64,000 nt of DNA, from NCBI GenBank assembly GCA_034530615.2, contig JAVRCV020000037.1:29942-93941 (forward strand). The letters run 5' to 3'. Positions 10,542 through 19,704 of the stretch are shown piece after piece (within the stretch, counting starts at the first letter, position 1; each line of letters opens with the position of its first letter). The notes below the pieces were generated by a model. The model was not told where the DNA came from. It did not search any database and was given only the letters and a program-made list of their open reading frames with translations. The position numbers were made by a program, and so were the translations under genes. Source of the stretch: Aulosira sp. ZfuVER01 (GTDB taxonomy: Bacteria > Cyanobacteriota > Cyanobacteriia > Cyanobacteriales > Nostocaceae).

Positions 10542-11831
10542 ATGAGAAAAAAATTAGAAATATTAGAATATATATTTTTTATTGTTTCCATCCTCTATTA
10601 CACTGGAACGATTAACTTTTTAGGGGGAGTAACATCAGCAGACAACCCAGCACTTCAAGAATCAGGTGAGAGTTCTGCTATATTGAGCTTGATTCAGTAT
10701 GGAATACTTGCTATCACTCTTTTATTAGTAGTTATTCGGCGTAATCAGATTAGTTACTTTGTAAGCAAACGAAAATTTCTCTTAGTATTCACGGGACTCA
10801 TTCTTATTTCGTTCTTATGGTCTCCTGTCCCTGATTTAACTCTGCGGAGAGCACTGATATTTCTTGGGGTATCTTTGTTTGGATTAAGCATTTCTGCTCG
10901 ATACACAATCAAGGAACAGTTATATCTTTTCGCTTGGGCAATGGGGATTATTGTTGTTATTAATCTGTTGTTTACTCTGGCATTACCCTCAATAGGAATT
11001 GAAGGTGGAGAACACGCAGGGGCATGGAGAGGCGTTTATCCGCAAAAAAATGTATCTTCGCGAATGTTTGTGCTATCTTCTTTAATTCTTTTGCTGGCAA
11101 AGATTGGCACTCATCGCTATCGGTATATTTTAGCAGTGCTTTTAGGGCTTTCTGTAGTCTTAACTCTTCTATCAGCTTCTAAAGGTGCTCTTGTAATTCT
11201 ATTAGTGATGTTTGCGCTTGTGCCTTTATTTCAAGCTTTACAATTAAATAATACTTGGGTATTGCCATTATTAGTTTCTTTATTACTAATTGGGAGCAGT
11301 ATTGCTATTTTATTAATTAGTAACTCAGAGACAATTGTAAAGTTTTTGGGGCGGGATCTGACTTTAACAGGTAGAACTGGAATTTGGTCAGTAGTGATTA
11401 GTAAAATTGCTTTACATCCCTGGCTAGGATATGGCTATAAAGGTTTTTGGCTGGGTATGGAAGGGGATTCCGCAGATGTTTGGTATGAAACATTTTTTAT
11501 GGCACCAAATGCCCACAATGGCTGGCTAGATATTACGGTGCAATTAGGATTAGTTGGTCTTTTCTTTTTCCTATTGAGCTATATCAAGAATTGCTTGCGT
11601 GCGATCGCTTGGTTGCGCCTCAATCACACAGTTGAAGGGTTGCTACCTGTCTTATATCTAACATTTATTTTCTTGTACAACTTGGCAGAGACAACACTGC
11701 TAGACCCTGCCCAATTTATTTGGGTAATGTATACGTCGATTACAACCACTGTTTTGACTCAACCTATTGTAGTCAAAGATTTCAATTCCCCATTTAGAAA
11801 CAACACATTTAAGAGGCTAAAAAATGTTTAA
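10542..11831 (+). CDS. O-antigen ligase / Wzy polymerase family membrane protein
   Basis: Multi-TM with WRGVYPQKN, GRDLTLTGRTGIW, PWLGYGY and AHNGWLD motifs. Confidence 0.85.
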   Translation: MRKKLEILEYIFFIVSILYYTGTINFLGGVTSADNPALQESGESSAILSLIQYGILAITLLLVVIRRNQISYFVSKRKFLLVFTGLILISFLWSPVPDLTLRRALIFLGVSLFGLSISARYTIKEQLYLFAWAMGIIVVINLLFTLALPSIGIEGGEHAGAWRGVYPQKNVSSRMFVLSSLILLLAKIGTHRYRYILAVLLGLSVVLTLLSASKGALVILLVMFALVPLFQALQLNNTWVLPLLVSLLLIGSSIAILLISNSETIVKFLGRDLTLTGRTGIWSVVISKIALHPWLGYGYKGFWLGMEGDSADVWYETFFMAPNAHNGWLDITVQLGLVGLFFFLLSYIKNCLRAIAWLRLNHTVEGLLPVLYLTFIFLYNLAETTLLDPAQFIWVMYTSITTTVLTQPIVVKDFNSPFRNNTFKRLKNV

Positions 11832-12921
11832 GCGACTGGCTATTTTTGTCCCTACCCTTCATGGTGGTGGTGCTGAAAGGGCGATGCTGAATCTAGCATG
11901 TGGCTTTTCTCAACAGGGAATTCCAGTGGATCTTGTAATGTTGCGAGTTGAGGGGCCTTATTTGTCACAGTTGCCACCGGAAGTACGGGTAGTCAATTTG
12001 GGTGGAGGGAGGCTGTGGCAATGTTTTCCCGCTCTGGTTCGCTATTTGCTACGGGAACAACCACCAGTGATGCTTTCAACCTTGGATGATACTAATATTG
12101 CTGCACTATGGGCACGACGTTTAGCAGGAAATAAAACTCGCCTAGTAGTCAATGTCCAAAATACAATTTCACAGGATGCTAAAAATGCAACGCAATTGAA
12201 AACTCGTGTAATGCCACACTTTGTACGCAGGTTTTTCCCTTGGGCAGATGCAGTGGTTCCTGTTTCTTATGGTGTTGTTGAAGATTTGGTGCAGATTGGT
12301 GTCTCACAAAAACGCATCCAGGTAATTCCCAATCCTGTGATTTCCCCAACTGTATTTGACAAAGCACAAGAAGCGATCGCCCATCCCTGGTTTTCAGACG
12401 ATCAACCGCCTGTAATTTTGGGTGTTGGTCGCCTCAATCAACAAAAAGACTTTCCCACATTAATCAGAGCATTTGCTCAGTTACGTCAGCAGCGTCGTGT
12501 CAGATTGGTCATTCTGGGAGAGGGTGAAGAACGCTCAACTATAGAAGCTCTAATTAAAGAATTGCAGCTAGAGAATGATGTAGATTTACCCGGTTTTGTT
12601 GATAATCCCTATGCATATATGGCTCGCTCGGCAGTATTTGTACTTTCCTCTTTGTTTGAGGGTTTACCTAGCGTCTTGATTGAGGCAATGGCAGCAGGTG
12701 CGTCAGTGGTAGCAACCAATTGTCCAAGCGGACCACTGGAGATTTTGGAAAACGGACGATACGGCAGATTGGTGCCGATTGGTAATTTTGAAGCAATGGC
12801 AGCAGCGATCGCCGCAACCTTGGATAACCCTCTATCTCTTGATGTATTAAGACAGCGATCGCAAGAGTTCTCATTGGAGCGATCTTTAGCTGAATATGCC
12901 AAAGTCTTACAGATTGGCTAA
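11824..12921 (+). CDS. Glycosyltransferase family 4
   Basis: LHGGGAER, VGRLNQQKDF, FEGLPSVLIEAMAAG. Confidence 0.9.
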   Translation: MFKRLAIFVPTLHGGGAERAMLNLACGFSQQGIPVDLVMLRVEGPYLSQLPPEVRVVNLGGGRLWQCFPALVRYLLREQPPVMLSTLDDTNIAALWARRLAGNKTRLVVNVQNTISQDAKNATQLKTRVMPHFVRRFFPWADAVVPVSYGVVEDLVQIGVSQKRIQVIPNPVISPTVFDKAQEAIAHPWFSDDQPPVILGVGRLNQQKDFPTLIRAFAQLRQQRRVRLVILGEGEERSTIEALIKELQLENDVDLPGFVDNPYAYMARSAVFVLSSLFEGLPSVLIEAMAAGASVVATNCPSGPLEILENGRYGRLVPIGNFEAMAAAIAATLDNPLSLDVLRQRSQEFSLERSLAEYAKVLQIG

Positions 12922-13128
12922 TTTCTGATTATAAAGCAATGGGCACTGTAATGATATGGTGTAATTCATTTTTTCCACTACTACTTGTTTTATAAACACA
13001 AGTTTAAACTTTTTAACAAGATTCAAATTCTAGAATTTATCTATTTTTGATAGGAGAAAATTAAGTAATTCAAAAATAGAAAAATCATTTATCTAACAAG
13101 CAACCTGATTATTTTGAAACAAATCATC

Positions 13129-14400
13129 ATGCAACACTTAAATTATTCAGTGGCTTGGAAAAACCGCTTTTCATCTCTCTTACTAATAGTATTTATTGTA
13201 TTAGTCACCCTATGGAGAATTAGGTATAAATTTCCGCAATTGAGGGATTTTTACGAAGCTTATTATCCAGCAGGCCGTTTAATCATCGATCGTCCAGAGC
13301 AAATTTATGAATTTATAAAATCCTCTGATGGCATCGTCCAACCTGTAATTTATGGATTTGTTAATCTCCCAATTATCGCTTATTTACTAACCCCATTTTC
13401 AGTAGTCGATCAGCAAACATCTGGAATTTTGTTTACATTATTTGGTGTGGTTGCCATTGTATATTCTGGATGGTTATTGATTGAATCTGCTAATTTAAAA
13501 GGTTGGAAAAAGAACATCTTCATTGCTCTTTTGGCTATTAATGCCCCAATTTTTAACAGTATCTGGCTGGGTAACTCTACTCACATAATATTTGTCTTGT
13601 TGATTGCTGCATTTATCTCTTTCCGTTCCAAGCAAGATTTATGGAGTGGATTCTTTTTAGCGATTGCCGGGTTAATCAAAATTCCGCTGTTATTTCTGAT
13701 TTTATATTTCTGCTTAAAACGACGCTGGCAAGTAGTAGCTGGTTTTGTGGGAACGATAATTGCAGTTGTCAGCCTATCAATTCTAGTTTGCGGACTTGAT
13801 TTGAACGTGACTTGGTTCCAGAAGTGTATTCTTTCATTTACAGGACAGGCTGTTGCTGGTGATACGGTTCAGTCGGTTGATGCTTTCCTTATTCGACTGC
13901 TGACCAATGCCCCTATTGACAGCTACGATTATGTAGACGGTGGCTTACTATTTAAGTTGCTAAGATATGGGATATTCTCCTTGTTGATGGGTGGTACTCT
14001 ACTAGCCTGCTGGCGCTCTCGTCACATTACCTCAACACAAGTAGAAAATCTAGAGTTTTCCAGCTTTCTCTGTCTAACCTTACTGATTAGTCCCATATCC
14101 TGGACTCACTATTACTTATTCTTGCTGCTGCCAATAGCACTTTACTTAGGCGGGCAGTTAAGTATTCCCTCTGGCTGGCGCTGGTCGGCATTGATGACCT
14201 TGAGCATTTTGCTTGTCATCGCACCCAATGTCAGAAATATTCCCACAGCTCATCCAGTCATAGTTGCGTTAACTCGTCACATTCTTGTGTCTCATTACTT
14301 CTGGGGTGGTGTCTTACTCTTAGGAGTTCTACTCACAAGCTTATTCAGATATAGAGAGATCGCTAAGACTCGTGAGCCTAGCTTACTACCCGATGTTTGA
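13129..14400 (+). CDS. GT87/DUF2029 GT-C glycosyltransferase (polyprenyl-phosphate-sugar dependent), copy 1
   Basis: DFYEAYYPAG after the first TM, GFVNLP, LAIAGLIKIP, ISWTHYY; roughly 10 TMs. Confidence 0.8.
   Translation: MQHLNYSVAWKNRFSSLLLIVFIVLVTLWRIRYKFPQLRDFYEAYYPAGRLIIDRPEQIYEFIKSSDGIVQPVIYGFVNLPIIAYLLTPFSVVDQQTSGILFTLFGVVAIVYSGWLLIESANLKGWKKNIFIALLAINAPIFNSIWLGNSTHIIFVLLIAAFISFRSKQDLWSGFFLAIAGLIKIPLLFLILYFCLKRRWQVVAGFVGTIIAVVSLSILVCGLDLNVTWFQKCILSFTGQAVAGDTVQSVDAFLIRLLTNAPIDSYDYVDGGLLFKLLRYGIFSLLMGGTLLACWRSRHITSTQVENLEFSSFLCLTLLISPISWTHYYLFLLLPIALYLGGQLSIPSGWRWSALMTLSILLVIAPNVRNIPTAHPVIVALTRHILVSHYFWGGVLLLGVLLTSLFRYREIAKTREPSLLPDV
13948..14342 (+). repeat. About 395-bp direct repeat, copy A (copy B at 15406-15800)
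   Basis: Aligned by eye at a constant offset of 1458 with about 8 mismatches; 13990-14246 appears identical. Confidence 0.9.
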
Positions 14401-14547
14401 TACTCAATCTTCCTACTTCTCTAGACATTCAATGCATAGTGCCTGGATAAGTCATGAGACAACTACAGAGGGTTGAGGAAGAGTTACTGCGTTGTAGTTT
14501 ATCTAAGCCATTGCGATCGCCTTTAGACTCAATCGTAAGGAGATAAT

Positions 14548-15852
14548 GTGAATAAAAATGCCGTGAGCTTGTTAGTTGCCAATCTTGCTAATTTAACCCA
14601 GCTAGGTAAAGGTTTCTCAAAGATTGCTAGTGTTTGGCCAACAAGATTTATCACTCTATTAACTATCTTGTTTATTGCCGTAGTAGCCTATTGGAGAATT
14701 CAACACCAATTCCCAGAATTATTAGATTTTTACAATGCTTATTATCCGGCAGGGCGCTTAATTCTGGAACACCCAGAGCAGCTTTATGGGTCTGCGAAGC
14801 TATCAATTTATGGCTTTGTCAATCTTCCCATCCTTGCCTACTTGTTTACACCATTCTCTCTACTTGATGAGTACCAATCCAGCATATTGTTCACACTATT
14901 GGGTGTATTTTCTATCTTTGCTATTGGATTAGTTTTGATTAAATTGGCTGATCTACAAAGATGGAAAAAATTGTGCTTTATTGCGCTATTAATCATCAGT
15001 TCTCCTCTGTACAATAGTATTTGGTACGGTAACTCTACCCATTTTGTATTCCTCCTGGTGCTGGGTTCATTCTTGAGCTTTCACCGACAGAAAGATATTT
15101 GGAGTGGTGCTTTATTAGCAATCGCTGGGTTAATTAAAATTCCGCTGTTGTTTCCAATAATTTACTTCTTACTAAAAAGGCGTTGGCAAATAGTCATTAG
15201 CTTTTTCGCAACATTATTTGCCATAGTTGGATTGTCAATCCTAGTGTGTGGATTGAGTTTAAATCTAGTCTGGTTCAAAGAGTGTATTCTGGCGTTTTCT
15301 GGTCAAGTATTTGCTGCTTATAATGTCCAATCTGTTGATGCCTTTTTAATTCGGCTGCTGACTGATACACCCATTGATGCGGCACAATATGTAGAAGGCA
15401 ATTGGCTATTTAAGCTACTAAGATATGGGATATTCTCCTTGCTGATTGGTGGTACTCTACTAGCCTGCTGGCGCTCTCGTCACATTACCTCAACACAAGT
15501 AGAAAATCTAGAGTTTTCCAGCTTTCTCTGTCTAACCTTACTGATTAGTCCCATATCCTGGACTCACTATTACTTATTCTTGCTGCTGCCAATAGCACTT
15601 TACTTAGGCGGGCAGTTAAGTATTCCCTCTGGCTGGCGCTGGTCGGCATTGATGACCTTGAGCATTTTGCTTGTCATCGCACCCAATGTCAGAAATATTC
15701 CCACGGCTCATCCAGTCATAGTTGCGTTAACTCGTCACATTCTCGTGTCTCATTACTTCTGGGGTGGTGTCTTACTCTTAGGAGTTTTGCTCACAAGCTT
15801 GCTCGGGCAAACAAGGATGAAGCAATCTGCGGTATCCGACATCTCTAAATAA
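14548..15852 (+). CDS. GT87/DUF2029 GT-C glycosyltransferase, copy 2
   Basis: DFYNAYYPAG, GFVNLP, ISWTHYY; paralogue of the preceding gene; GTG start preceded by AAGGAG. Confidence 0.8.
   Translation: MNKNAVSLLVANLANLTQLGKGFSKIASVWPTRFITLLTILFIAVVAYWRIQHQFPELLDFYNAYYPAGRLILEHPEQLYGSAKLSIYGFVNLPILAYLFTPFSLLDEYQSSILFTLLGVFSIFAIGLVLIKLADLQRWKKLCFIALLIISSPLYNSIWYGNSTHFVFLLVLGSFLSFHRQKDIWSGALLAIAGLIKIPLLFPIIYFLLKRRWQIVISFFATLFAIVGLSILVCGLSLNLVWFKECILAFSGQVFAAYNVQSVDAFLIRLLTDTPIDAAQYVEGNWLFKLLRYGIFSLLIGGTLLACWRSRHITSTQVENLEFSSFLCLTLLISPISWTHYYLFLLLPIALYLGGQLSIPSGWRWSALMTLSILLVIAPNVRNIPTAHPVIVALTRHILVSHYFWGGVLLLGVLLTSLLGQTRMKQSAVSDISK
15406..15800 (+). repeat. About 395-bp direct repeat, copy B
   Basis: Near-identical to 13948-14342. 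Confidence 0.9.
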
Positions 15853-15948
15853 GACAGGGATATTGACACACTCCATTTTCCAGCTTGGTTCAATTGTGTC
15901 ATCAATGATGCGATCGCTCAATTCTACTACCATAATTAATCTTCAATT

Positions 15949-16947
15949 ATGAGATTCTTCAAAATTGATAAAGCCTTAACACGCAATAATTTTTCTCTTG
16001 AACAAACGGTAGAAACACCGCTTTCCTGGAGAACTTACCTACAATTGCTCCGTCCTAGACAGTGGACAAAGAACCTGATTGTTTTTGCTGCTCCTCTATT
16101 TGCATTTAGTATTAATCTGCAAACTTTGTTAGGGGCACTATTAGCATTTGTGTTATTTTGCTGTACCTCTAGCAGCTTCTACATTATTAATGACGCGATC
16201 GATGCAGAGGCTGATAGACAGCATCCTGTGAAGTGTAAGCGTCCTATTGCTTCTGGTTTGATTCAGGTTCCAGTGGCGATGGCGATCGCCACTGTTTTGC
16301 TAGTTAGCGCACTATTCATAGGTTGGCAGAGAAATCTTGGTTTAGGAGTGGCACTAACTAGCTATGCAGCACTACAAGTTGCTTATAATCTGCGGTTGAA
16401 GCATACCGTGATTTTAGATGTTGTGGCGATCGCCATCGGCTTTGTTCTAAGAGCTTATGGTGGAGCCGCTGCTACGCATATTTTGTTATCACCCTGGTTT
16501 CTGATCTGTACCGCTATGTTGGCCCTGTTTTTAGGTATCGAGAAGCGGAAAGCAGAACTGCGTTTGGTTGAACTGAAGGGTGGAAAGCGGCGTCGTGTCC
16601 TGTGGCGGTATTCTCTGCCACTACTAAGCCGTATGGAGAGTACAGTAACTACAGGCACTTTAATGACCTATGCCTTATGGAGTTCTGGCCCTCAAGTTCA
16701 AGGGGCTTCAACGCCTTGGATGATGTTGACTCTACCCTTTGTGCTGTACGGGATGTTTCGTTACCAATTTCTCAGTGATCCACAAGAAATTGCTCGGCGG
16801 ACAGATTTACAGGAAGAAGGTGGCGGGCGAACTGAGCGCCCTGAGGAAGTTTTATTAACAGACCGTCCCTTATTGATGACCGTTCTAGCTTGGGTAGGAA
16901 CGACAGTTATTGTGCTTTTCCTAAAAAGCAAAGGAATTATTCATTAA
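15949..16947 (+). CDS. Decaprenyl/polyprenyl-phosphate phosphoribosyltransferase (UbiA superfamily, DPPR-synthase type)
   Basis: LLRPRQWTKNLIVFAAP, YIINDAIDAEADRQHPVKCKRPIASG (NDxxDxxxD) and LFLGIEKRKAEL resemble the mycobacterial Rv3806c-like subfamily. Confidence 0.85.
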   Translation: MRFFKIDKALTRNNFSLEQTVETPLSWRTYLQLLRPRQWTKNLIVFAAPLFAFSINLQTLLGALLAFVLFCCTSSSFYIINDAIDAEADRQHPVKCKRPIASGLIQVPVAMAIATVLLVSALFIGWQRNLGLGVALTSYAALQVAYNLRLKHTVILDVVAIAIGFVLRAYGGAAATHILLSPWFLICTAMLALFLGIEKRKAELRLVELKGGKRRRVLWRYSLPLLSRMESTVTTGTLMTYALWSSGPQVQGASTPWMMLTLPFVLYGMFRYQFLSDPQEIARRTDLQEEGGGRTERPEEVLLTDRPLLMTVLAWVGTTVIVLFLKSKGIIH

Positions 16948-17011
16948 GTTATTCGTATCAGCAAGCCCTTGAAGCTTGTGGTTGACTGTTGTGAAGCCAG
17001 CATCTGTGTCT

Positions 17012-17599
17012 ATGATTAGAAAGCGCTTTTTTCTCATACCTCTTGTTCAGTTTTTGAAGCGTTTATTTGTGCTACGCTCTAGTTCTATTTCGTACTGTTT
17101 CCCAAAGCGATCGCACAATCTCGCTAACGTCGACTTAGCACTGTTAATCCACAGTGGAATTCACGGGGTGATTCTTGATTTGGATAATACTATTGTTTCA
17201 GAAGACGATCGCTATCTTTCACCAGGAGCCGAGGAGTGGATTCAGCAGGCGAAGGAAAGGGGATTGAAGTTTTTTATCCTTTCTAATGGAAAACGTCGTT
17301 ACCGTGTAGAGTTCTGGTCTCATCGCTTAGGAATTCCGACTATTAGTCCAGCCAGAAAACCTTTTCCGCCTTCATTCAAAATAGCACTTACTAAAATGCA
17401 GCTCTCTCCTACTCAGGTTGTAGTCATTGGGGATAGCCGTCACACTGATATGCTGGGAGCTTGGTTGGTAGGTTGCCCAAGTATTCAAGTCGCAACCCTG
17501 CCGCATCCTTTTCGTTGGTGGGAGAAGTTGCTAGGTAAGCGAGTTCAAATTCCCTACCCCAATCACTTAGAGCTATGGGATTGCGATCCTTATTGCTGA
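17012..17599 (+). CDS. YqeG-family HAD IIIA phosphatase
   Basis: Motif I DLDNT, motif II LSN, motif III ARKP, motif IV IGDSRHTD. Start is uncertain (16976 or 17012). Confidence 0.85.
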   Translation: MIRKRFFLIPLVQFLKRLFVLRSSSISYCFPKRSHNLANVDLALLIHSGIHGVILDLDNTIVSEDDRYLSPGAEEWIQQAKERGLKFFILSNGKRRYRVEFWSHRLGIPTISPARKPFPPSFKIALTKMQLSPTQVVVIGDSRHTDMLGAWLVGCPSIQVATLPHPFRWWEKLLGKRVQIPYPNHLELWDCDPYC

Positions 17600-17674
17600 G
17601 AAGTCATTTAGTTATTGCTTGTCCTGCAATAACTGATGTATTACTTTAATTGCTCCACTTAACTGGCTACAACA

Positions 17675-18019
17675 ATGCTTTCTCAATTTGCATTCATCAT
17701 TTTAATTTTGGTCACAGTAGGACTCAATACAATAGCACAAATCTTACTGAAGCTTGGCTCTGGACAAAATCCACTCAACTTATTTATTGTATGTGGTTTA
17801 TTAGCTTATGGTTTTAGTACCATTTTTTATCTCTTGGTTTTAGGCAAGTTCAATCTTTCTGTGGCGTATCCAATAGTAATTGGTTTGACAATTATTGCAA
17901 CCACATTCGCTGGAGCAATTTTCTTAAGAGAAAAGGTAGCTATGAGTCATTGGCTGGGAATTGGTTTAATGCTAAGTGGAATTTCAGCTATTGCTTTGAC
18001 TAAAGTATATACAAGGTAA
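17675..18019 (+). CDS. SMR/DMT-family 4-TM protein (ArnE/ArnF-like, putative lipid-sugar flippase)
   Basis: 114 aa, four hydrophobic helices, AQILLKLG, NLSVAYP and FLREKV motifs. Confidence 0.75.
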   Translation: MLSQFAFIILILVTVGLNTIAQILLKLGSGQNPLNLFIVCGLLAYGFSTIFYLLVLGKFNLSVAYPIVIGLTIIATTFAGAIFLREKVAMSHWLGIGLMLSGISAIALTKVYTR

Positions 18020-18231
18020 TAGTCTTACTATTATGTAGTCAAAATATTACTATACAAAAAGCTTTTTTGCTTCTGAGAATGTGAAATTTTTTATGCTGTT
18101 TTATCAAACTATGGCAGACTTGCATCTAATTAAAAGTACCGTAATCAGTAAGTAGTATTGGCTCGAACTACTTATCTGTTCTTTTCGCAATAAGTAGAGA
18201 TTTTATCAACAGAGTTGCCAAATATATCAAC

Positions 18232-18263
18232 TATATCACAGCTAGAGAGCTAGCTGTGATATA
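18232..18263. repeat. Perfect 14-bp inverted repeat
   Basis: TATATCACAGCTAG-agag-CTAGCTGTGATATA. Confidence 0.8.
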
Positions 18264-18449
18264 TGGCTGCTCGCTCAAATGCAAAATCTGTGGTGAATTT
18301 CGTGATTGCATAGAGTGCAGTATCCAGAAGGCATTCTTCACGTGATTCACAATAAATTTATGAAAAATTGAAATTAATTTTGTATATGTGTATTGCTTAT
18401 TTTTATATAAAAATAGTAGTTATTAGTTATTAGATTTTTAGCAAGTTAG

Positions 18450-19637
18450 ATGTCACATTTTGGTATGAACGCTGGTTCTTTAAGATTACTAATTTTTTCT
18501 ATTGACACAAACTTTTTAGGTCTTGCTCGTTTGCCTAAAGCTTTAAATAAAGCTGGATTTGAAGTCGCTGCACTATGCCCAGTTAATGCTTTTCTGTCTA
18601 AGACTCGTTATTTAAACCAGCATTTTCCTTTAGCTACAACCAAGAATGCATCTAAACTTATAAAACAATTAGTGACAACTGTACAAACTTGGCAACCTGA
18701 TATGCTCATTTATGGCGATGAAACTACAGTTGCTTTCGTTCATTTTATAATTCATAAACTTCAGAATTTTCTATCGGTAATTCCGAACCCAGTTCTCAAG
18801 CTGCTTAAATCCTCATTGGGGAATCCCCAGTTTTTTGCAGCAACTCTTCGTAAACACCGCACTCTTGAATTAGCGATTGAACTAGGCTTAAGAACACCTA
18901 CGATCGCGCGGGTTGCTATGCCCGAACAAGCATTACAATTTGTAGAAGCAAATGGTTATCCCGTAGTTTTGAAAAAAGACTTTTGCTGGAGTGGTGTTGG
19001 AGTAAAAATTTGCCGTAATGAATCTGAATTATTATCGGCAATCAATGATTTTCTGCCACACCCACCATCTTTGCCAAAATCTTTTGCAAAGCAACTTTTG
19101 CAGCAAGACTGGTTTCCTAAGACTGAGGTACTTAGCATACAGCAGTTTATCCAAGGAAAGACAGCCATGCATCCGATTGTTGCCTTAGATGGAGAAGTCC
19201 TGGCCGGTTTTGTAGCCATCAAGGAACTAACTTGTTCAGAAACAGGGCCTAGTAGCGTGATTAAACTGACTAATCATGCAGAGATGCGTGCCACAGTCCT
19301 AAAGTTAGTCAAGCATTTTCAATTTTCGGGGTTTGCGAGTTTCGATTTTCTCATAGATGAAAACACAAACTATGCTTATTTAGTAGAGTGTAATCCAAGA
19401 CCTGTTCCCATTTGCCACCTAGGAGCAAGGGTTGGTGTTGATTTATGTCAATCTCTATTTAATACATTATCTGGCCACTCTCTAGAACCTCAATTGACAG
19501 TAGAACGAGAAGACCTTGTCGCCTTATTTCCTCAAGAGTGGCGGCGTGATTCCAATAGTTCTTACCTCCATCAGGTCTATCATGATGTTCCCTGGGATGA
19601 TGTGTTACTTCTGAAAGCTTATTTGACACAAATGTAA
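18450..19637 (+). CDS. ATP-grasp domain protein (carboxylate-amine ligase-like)
   Basis: GYPVVLKKDFCWSGVGV, IQQFIQG, FSGFASFDF, YLVECNPR. Confidence 0.8.
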   Translation: MSHFGMNAGSLRLLIFSIDTNFLGLARLPKALNKAGFEVAALCPVNAFLSKTRYLNQHFPLATTKNASKLIKQLVTTVQTWQPDMLIYGDETTVAFVHFIIHKLQNFLSVIPNPVLKLLKSSLGNPQFFAATLRKHRTLELAIELGLRTPTIARVAMPEQALQFVEANGYPVVLKKDFCWSGVGVKICRNESELLSAINDFLPHPPSLPKSFAKQLLQQDWFPKTEVLSIQQFIQGKTAMHPIVALDGEVLAGFVAIKELTCSETGPSSVIKLTNHAEMRATVLKLVKHFQFSGFASFDFLIDENTNYAYLVECNPRPVPICHLGARVGVDLCQSLFNTLSGHSLEPQLTVEREDLVALFPQEWRRDSNSSYLHQVYHDVPWDDVLLLKAYLTQM

Positions 19638-19704
19638 CCTTGAGTGTATAGATAGTTGTGATTAATACGGAGTGTTTCTGAAGAATTTCGCAACATCACC
19701 CTAT

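Noticed and set aside
13948..15800. Near-identical repeat pair as a diversity-generating retroelement TR/VR
   Set aside because: Both copies are inside coding paralogues, mismatches are not adenine-specific and are mostly synonymous, and there is no reverse transcriptase in the window.
18450..19637. ATP-grasp gene as mycosporine synthase MysC
   Set aside because: Only generic ATP-grasp motifs are shared. There is no adjacent DDG synthase or O-methyltransferase, and the aroB at 53 kb looks like the housekeeping enzyme.
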